In this document: piece by piece, positions 59,776-64,000 of the stretch | How the letters are laid out: each line of letters begins with the position of its first letter | Numbering within the stretch: position 1 is the stretch's first letter | Assembly (NCBI RefSeq): GCF_041886205.1 | Contig: NZ_CP169029.1 | Origin: Escherichia coli | GTDB lineage: Bacteria; Pseudomonadota; Gammaproteobacteria; Enterobacterales; Enterobacteriaceae | Length of the DNA: 64,000 nt | Strand: one strand, 5' to 3' | The notes under the pieces: generated by a model | Databases searched by the model: none | Told to the model about the DNA's origin: nothing | What the model saw: the letters and a program-made list of their open reading frames with translations, nothing else | Program-made: the position numbers and the translations under genes

Positions 59776-60987
59776 ATGAATACCATTTTTTCCGCTCGTA
59801 TCATGAAGCGCCTGGCGCTCACCACGGCTCTTTGCACAGCCTTTATCTCTGCTGCACATGCCGATGACCTGAATATCAAAACTATGATCCCGGGTGTACC
59901 GCAGATCGATGCGGAGTCCTACATCCTGATTGACTATAACTCCGGCAAAGTGCTCGCCGAACAGAACGCAGATGTCCGCCGCGATCCTGCCAGCCTGACC
60001 AAAATGATGACCAGTTACGTTATCGGCCAGGCAATGAAAGCCGGTAAATTTAAAGAAACTGATTTAGTCACTATCGGCAACGACGCATGGGCCACCGGTA
60101 ACCCGGTGTTTAAAGGTTCTTCGCTGATGTTCCTCAAACCGGGCATGCAGGTTCCGGTTTCTCAGCTGATCCGCGGTATTAACCTGCAATCGGGTAACGA
60201 TGCTTGCGTCGCCATGGCCGATTTTGCCGCTGGTAGCCAGGACGCTTTTGTTGGCTTGATGAACAGCTACGTTAACGCCCTGGGCCTGAAAAACACCCAC
60301 TTCCAGACGGTACATGGTCTGGATGCTGATGGTCAGTACAGCTCCGCGCGAGATATGGCGCTGATCGGCCAGGCATTGATCCGTGACGTACCGAATGAAT
60401 ACTCGATCTATAAAGAAAAAGAATTTACGTTTAACGGTATTCGCCAGCTGAACCGTAACGGCCTGTTATGGGATAACAGCCTGAATGTCGACGGCATCAA
60501 AACCGGACACACTGACAAAGCAGGTTACAACCTTGTTGCTTCTGCGACTGAAGGCCAGATGCGCTTGATCTCTGCGGTGATGGGCGGACGTACTTTTAAA
60601 GGCCGTGAAGCCGAAAGTAAAAAACTGTTAACCTGGGGCTTCCGTTTCTTCGAAACCGTTAACCCACTGAAAGTAGGTAAAGAGTTCGCCTCTGAACCGG
60701 TTTGGTTTGGTGATTCTGATCGCGCTTCGTTAGGGGTTGATAAAGACGTGTACCTGACCATTCCGCGTGGTCGCATGAAAGATCTGAAAGCCAGCTATGT
60801 GCTGAACAGCAGTGAATTGCATGCGCCGCTGCAAAAGAATCAGGTCGTCGGAACTATCAACTTCCAGCTTGATGGCAAAACGATCGAGCAACGCCCGCTG
60901 GTTGTGTTGCAAGAAATCCCGGAAGGTAACTTCTTCGGCAAAATCATTGATTACATTAAATTAATGTTCCATCACTGGTTTGGTTAA
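59776..60987 (+). CDS. dacA: D-alanyl-D-alanine carboxypeptidase PBP5
   Basis: 403-aa ORF with SxxK (SLTK), SGN and KTG motifs. Confidence 0.97.
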
Positions 60988-61040
60988 AAATTGAACACTT
61001 GAAAGTGTAATTTCCGTCCCCATATACTAAGCATCAGTAA

Positions 61041-61075
61041 AAAAAACTCCCGCCTTCTGGCGGGAGTTGCTATTT
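61041..61075 (+). terminator. rho-independent terminator after dacA
   Basis: CTCCCGCC-TTCT-GGCGGGAG hairpin then TTGCTATTT. Confidence 0.7.
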
Positions 61076-61098
61076 AATTACGTTACGCCGGAGCTGAC

Positions 61099-61362
61099 AT
61101 GAAAACCAAACTTAACGAACTGCTTGAATTCCCTACTCCTTTTACTTACAAAGTTATGGGGCAGGCGTTACCTGAGCTGGTTGATCAGGTGGTTGAAGTG
61201 GTACAGCGCCATGCGCCAGGTGACTACACCCCAACGGTAAAACCAAGCAGCAAAGGCAACTACCACTCGGTATCTATCACTATCAACGCCACTCATATCG
61301 AGCAGGTTGAAACACTGTATGAAGAACTGGGCAAAATCGATATTGTCCGCATGGTTCTGTAA
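61099..61362 (+). CDS. ybeD: UPF0250 protein YbeD
   Basis: 87-aa [35 protein letters not shown]. Confidence 0.93.
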
Positions 61363-61462
61363 CTCGCTTCTCCGTTACCCGGCCCCTGGTCGGGTAACTC
61401 CCCTCTCCTCGCTGTGATATACTTTTCCCCCACTTTTACTCATTCTCCACGGAGATGCCGTT

Positions 61463-62104
61463 TTGTATCAGGATAAAATTCTTGTCCGCCAGCTCGGTCT
61501 TCAGCCTTACGAGCCAATCTCCCAGGCTATGCATGAATTCACCGATACCCGCGATGATAGTACCCTTGATGAAATCTGGCTGGTCGAGCACTATCCGGTA
61601 TTCACCCAAGGTCAGGCAGGAAAAGCGGAGCACATTTTAATGCCGGGTGATATTCCGGTGATCCAGAGCGATCGCGGTGGGCAGGTGACTTATCACGGGC
61701 CGGGGCAACAGGTGATGTATGTGTTGCTTGATCTGAAACGCCGTAAACTCGGTGTGCGTGAACTGGTGACCTTGCTTGAGCAAACAGTGGTGAATACCCT
61801 AGCTGAACTGGGTATAGAAGCGCATCCTCGGGCTGACGCGCCTGGTGTCTATGTCGGGGAAAAGAAAATTTGCTCACTGGGTTTACGAATTCGACGCGGT
61901 TGTTCATTCCACGGTCTGGCATTAAACGTCAATATGGATCTTTCACCATTTTTACGTATTAATCCTTGTGGGTATGCCGGAATGGAAATGGCTAAAATAT
62001 CACAATGGAAACCCGAAGCGACGACTAATAATATTGCTCCACGTTTACTGGAAAATATTTTAGCGCTACTAAACAATCCTGACTTCGAATATATTACCGC
62101 TTAA
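61463..62104 (+). CDS. lipB: octanoyltransferase LipB
   Basis: 213-aa ORF from TTG start, [26 protein letters not shown]. Confidence 0.95.
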   Translation: MYQDKILVRQLGLQPYEPISQAMHEFTDTRDDSTLDEIWLVEHYPVFTQGQAGKAEHILMPGDIPVIQSDRGGQVTYHGPGQQVMYVLLDLKRRKLGVRELVTLLEQTVVNTLAELGIEAHPRADAPGVYVGEKKICSLGLRIRRGCSFHGLALNVNMDLSPFLRINPCGYAGMEMAKISQWKPEATTNNIAPRLLENILALLNNPDFEYITA

Positions 62105-62362
62105 TTCCATACATCAATGGCCCAATTTACACTGGGTCATTACTCATAATACCTGCTAATGCTTTACATCTCCTTCGCGTTTGTATATTTTCTTTATCAC
62201 TTGCAGAAATGCGATGCTACGCCTTGCTCCGTAACTCACCCCATTGATTAACCTATTGAAATAGTTGATTATGGTGAGCAAAAGCGTTCCGTTCCAATTA
62301 GACATAAGATTATTGTAATTTTTTAAATATTATTTTTCCATGAATAAAATTGGAGTAAGTGC

Positions 62363-63316
62363 GTGGATTGTAATAATCATATCGAACCCTGTTTAAGCAG
62401 AAAGTCGTCAGAAGGTAAACCACAAATATTTACAACCTTACGAAATATTGATCTTAACCTTCTGACTATTTTTGAAGCTGTATATGTACATAAAGGGATC
62501 GTTAATGCAGCGAAAGTGCTTAATCTGACCCCCTCGGCAATCAGTCAGTCTATTCAGAAACTGCGCGTTATATTCCCTGACCCATTGTTTATTCGCAAAG
62601 GCCAGGGTGTCACTCCTACCGCATTTGCGATGCATCTACATGAGTATATCAGTCAGGGTCTTGAGTCCATTCTTGGCGCGCTGGATATCGAAGGAAGCTA
62701 TGATAAGCAACGAACGATAACTATTGCGACCACTCCCTCGGTCGGAGCCCTGGTCCTTCCTGTCATCTATCGGGCGATTAAAACTCACTATCCGCAGCTT
62801 TTACTGCGCAACCCGCCCATCAGCGACGCGGAAAACCAACTCAGTCAGTTTCAAACTGATCTCATCATCGATAACATGTTTTGCACCAATCGAACGGTGC
62901 AACATCATGTTCTGTTCACCGACAATATGGTGTTAATTTGCCGCGAGGGAAATCCACTACTCTCTTTAGAAGATGACAGAGGGACTATCGACAACGCTGC
63001 GCATGTACTCCTGTTACCGGAAGGGCAAAATTTCAGCGGTCTGCGGCAGAGAGTCCAAGAGATGTTTCCGGACCGGCAAATCAATTTCACCAGCTACAAC
63101 ATTTTGACAATCGCTGCACTGGTTGCCAACAGTGACATGTTAGCGATTATTCCCAGCCGTTTTTATAACCTGTTTAGCCGTTGTTGGCCGCTGGAAAAAC
63201 TGCCTTTTCCGTCCTTAAATGAGGAGCAAATTGAATTCTCTATCCACTACAACAAATTCAGCCTGCGTGATCCCATCCTGCACGGGGTAATAGATGTTAT
63301 CCGTAATGCATTTTGA
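62363..63316 (+). CDS. ybeF: LysR-family transcriptional regulator YbeF
   Basis: 317-aa ORF with N-terminal HTH (LNLLTIFEAVYVHKGIVNAAKVLNLTPSAISQSIQKLR). Confidence 0.85.
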   Translation: MDCNNHIEPCLSRKSSEGKPQIFTTLRNIDLNLLTIFEAVYVHKGIVNAAKVLNLTPSAISQSIQKLRVIFPDPLFIRKGQGVTPTAFAMHLHEYISQGLESILGALDIEGSYDKQRTITIATTPSVGALVLPVIYRAIKTHYPQLLLRNPPISDAENQLSQFQTDLIIDNMFCTNRTVQHHVLFTDNMVLICREGNPLLSLEDDRGTIDNAAHVLLLPEGQNFSGLRQRVQEMFPDRQINFTSYNILTIAALVANSDMLAIIPSRFYNLFSRCWPLEKLPFPSLNEEQIEFSIHYNKFSLRDPILHGVIDVIRNAF

Positions 63317-63524
63317 AAAAGTATTGTTACAGCCAGATCACAGCGCAGAACGATAAAATGGCACAATCCAACAACAATTTTACATTTTCGCGACCGCTTT
63401 GGCTGCTTTCAGGTCCGTTTCAATGATATACTGCCAGTCGTTAATTCAAAAATAGTTGATAATTACAACAATCTATTGAATTGAAACGCTTTCCTTCGTA
63501 ATTCGCAACTGGAACACGCACGCT

Positions 63525-64000
63525 ATGAGTAAACCCATTGTGATGGAACGCGGTGTTAAATACCGCGATGCCGATAAGATGGCCCTTATCCCGGTTAAAA
63601 ACGTGGCAACAGAGCGCGAAGCCCTGCTGCGCAAGCCGGAATGGATGAAAATCAAGCTTCCAGCGGACTCTACACGTATCCAGGGCATCAAAGCCGCAAT
63701 GCGCAAAAATGGCCTGCATTCTGTCTGCGAGGAAGCCTCCTGCCCTAACCTGGCGGAATGCTTCAACCACGGCACAGCAACGTTTATGATCCTCGGCGCT
63801 ATTTGTACCCGCCGTTGTCCGTTCTGTGATGTTGCCCACGGTCGCCCGGTAGCTCCTGATGCCAATGAACCAGTGAAACTGGCGCAGACCATTGCCGATA
63901 TGGCGCTGCGTTATGTGGTTATCACCTCCGTTGACCGTGATGACCTGCGCGATGGCGGTGCCCAGCACTTTGCGGATTGCATTACTGCCATTCGGGAAAA
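63525..64000 (+). CDS. lipA: lipoyl synthase, N-terminal part (gene continues beyond window end)
   Basis: [32 protein letters not shown]...; radical-SAM cysteines CEEASCPN and CTRRCPFC. Confidence 0.93.

Overview
This window is ordinary core Escherichia coli chromosome (K-12-like gene content, reverse-complemented relative to standard MG1655 numbering), and I find no novel system, mobile element, prophage, CRISPR array, integrase or toxin-antitoxin pair in it. Gene order from start to end: phr(partial)-ybgA / ybfA / kdpFABC-kdpDE / ybfP / pgm-seqA / ybfF-ybfE-fldA-uof-fur / chiQ-chiP / glnS / nagE <> nagBACD / asnB / seven-tRNA operon metT-leuW-glnU-glnW-metU-glnV-glnX / ubiF <> miaB-ybeZ-ybeY-corC-lnt / gltI-sroC-gltJKL / rihA / hscC / djlC-ybeU <> ybeT / djlB-ybeR <> ybeQ / ybeL <> leuS-lptE-holA-nadD-cobC / rsfS-rlmH-mrdA-mrdB-rlpA / dacA / ybeD / lipB / ybeF / lipA(partial). 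Gene calls rest on reading frame, length and recognised N-terminal sequences; no database search was run. The points worth a second look are strain-level. (1) djlB is frameshifted at a CCAA tandem repeat, removing its hydrophobic C-terminal tail. (2) ybeU carries an in-frame amber codon at codon 45. (3) Together these leave one intact DUF1266 protein (YbeR) and one intact J-protein (DjlC) across the two paralogous modules next to the Hsp70 gene hscC. (4) Two blocks that I recall in K-12 are missing: the RhsC element between ybfA and ybgA, and ybfG-potE-speF between ybfP and kdpE. (5) An exact sigma54 -24/-12 match lies upstream of gltI. K-12 comparisons are from memory and need alignment to confirm.
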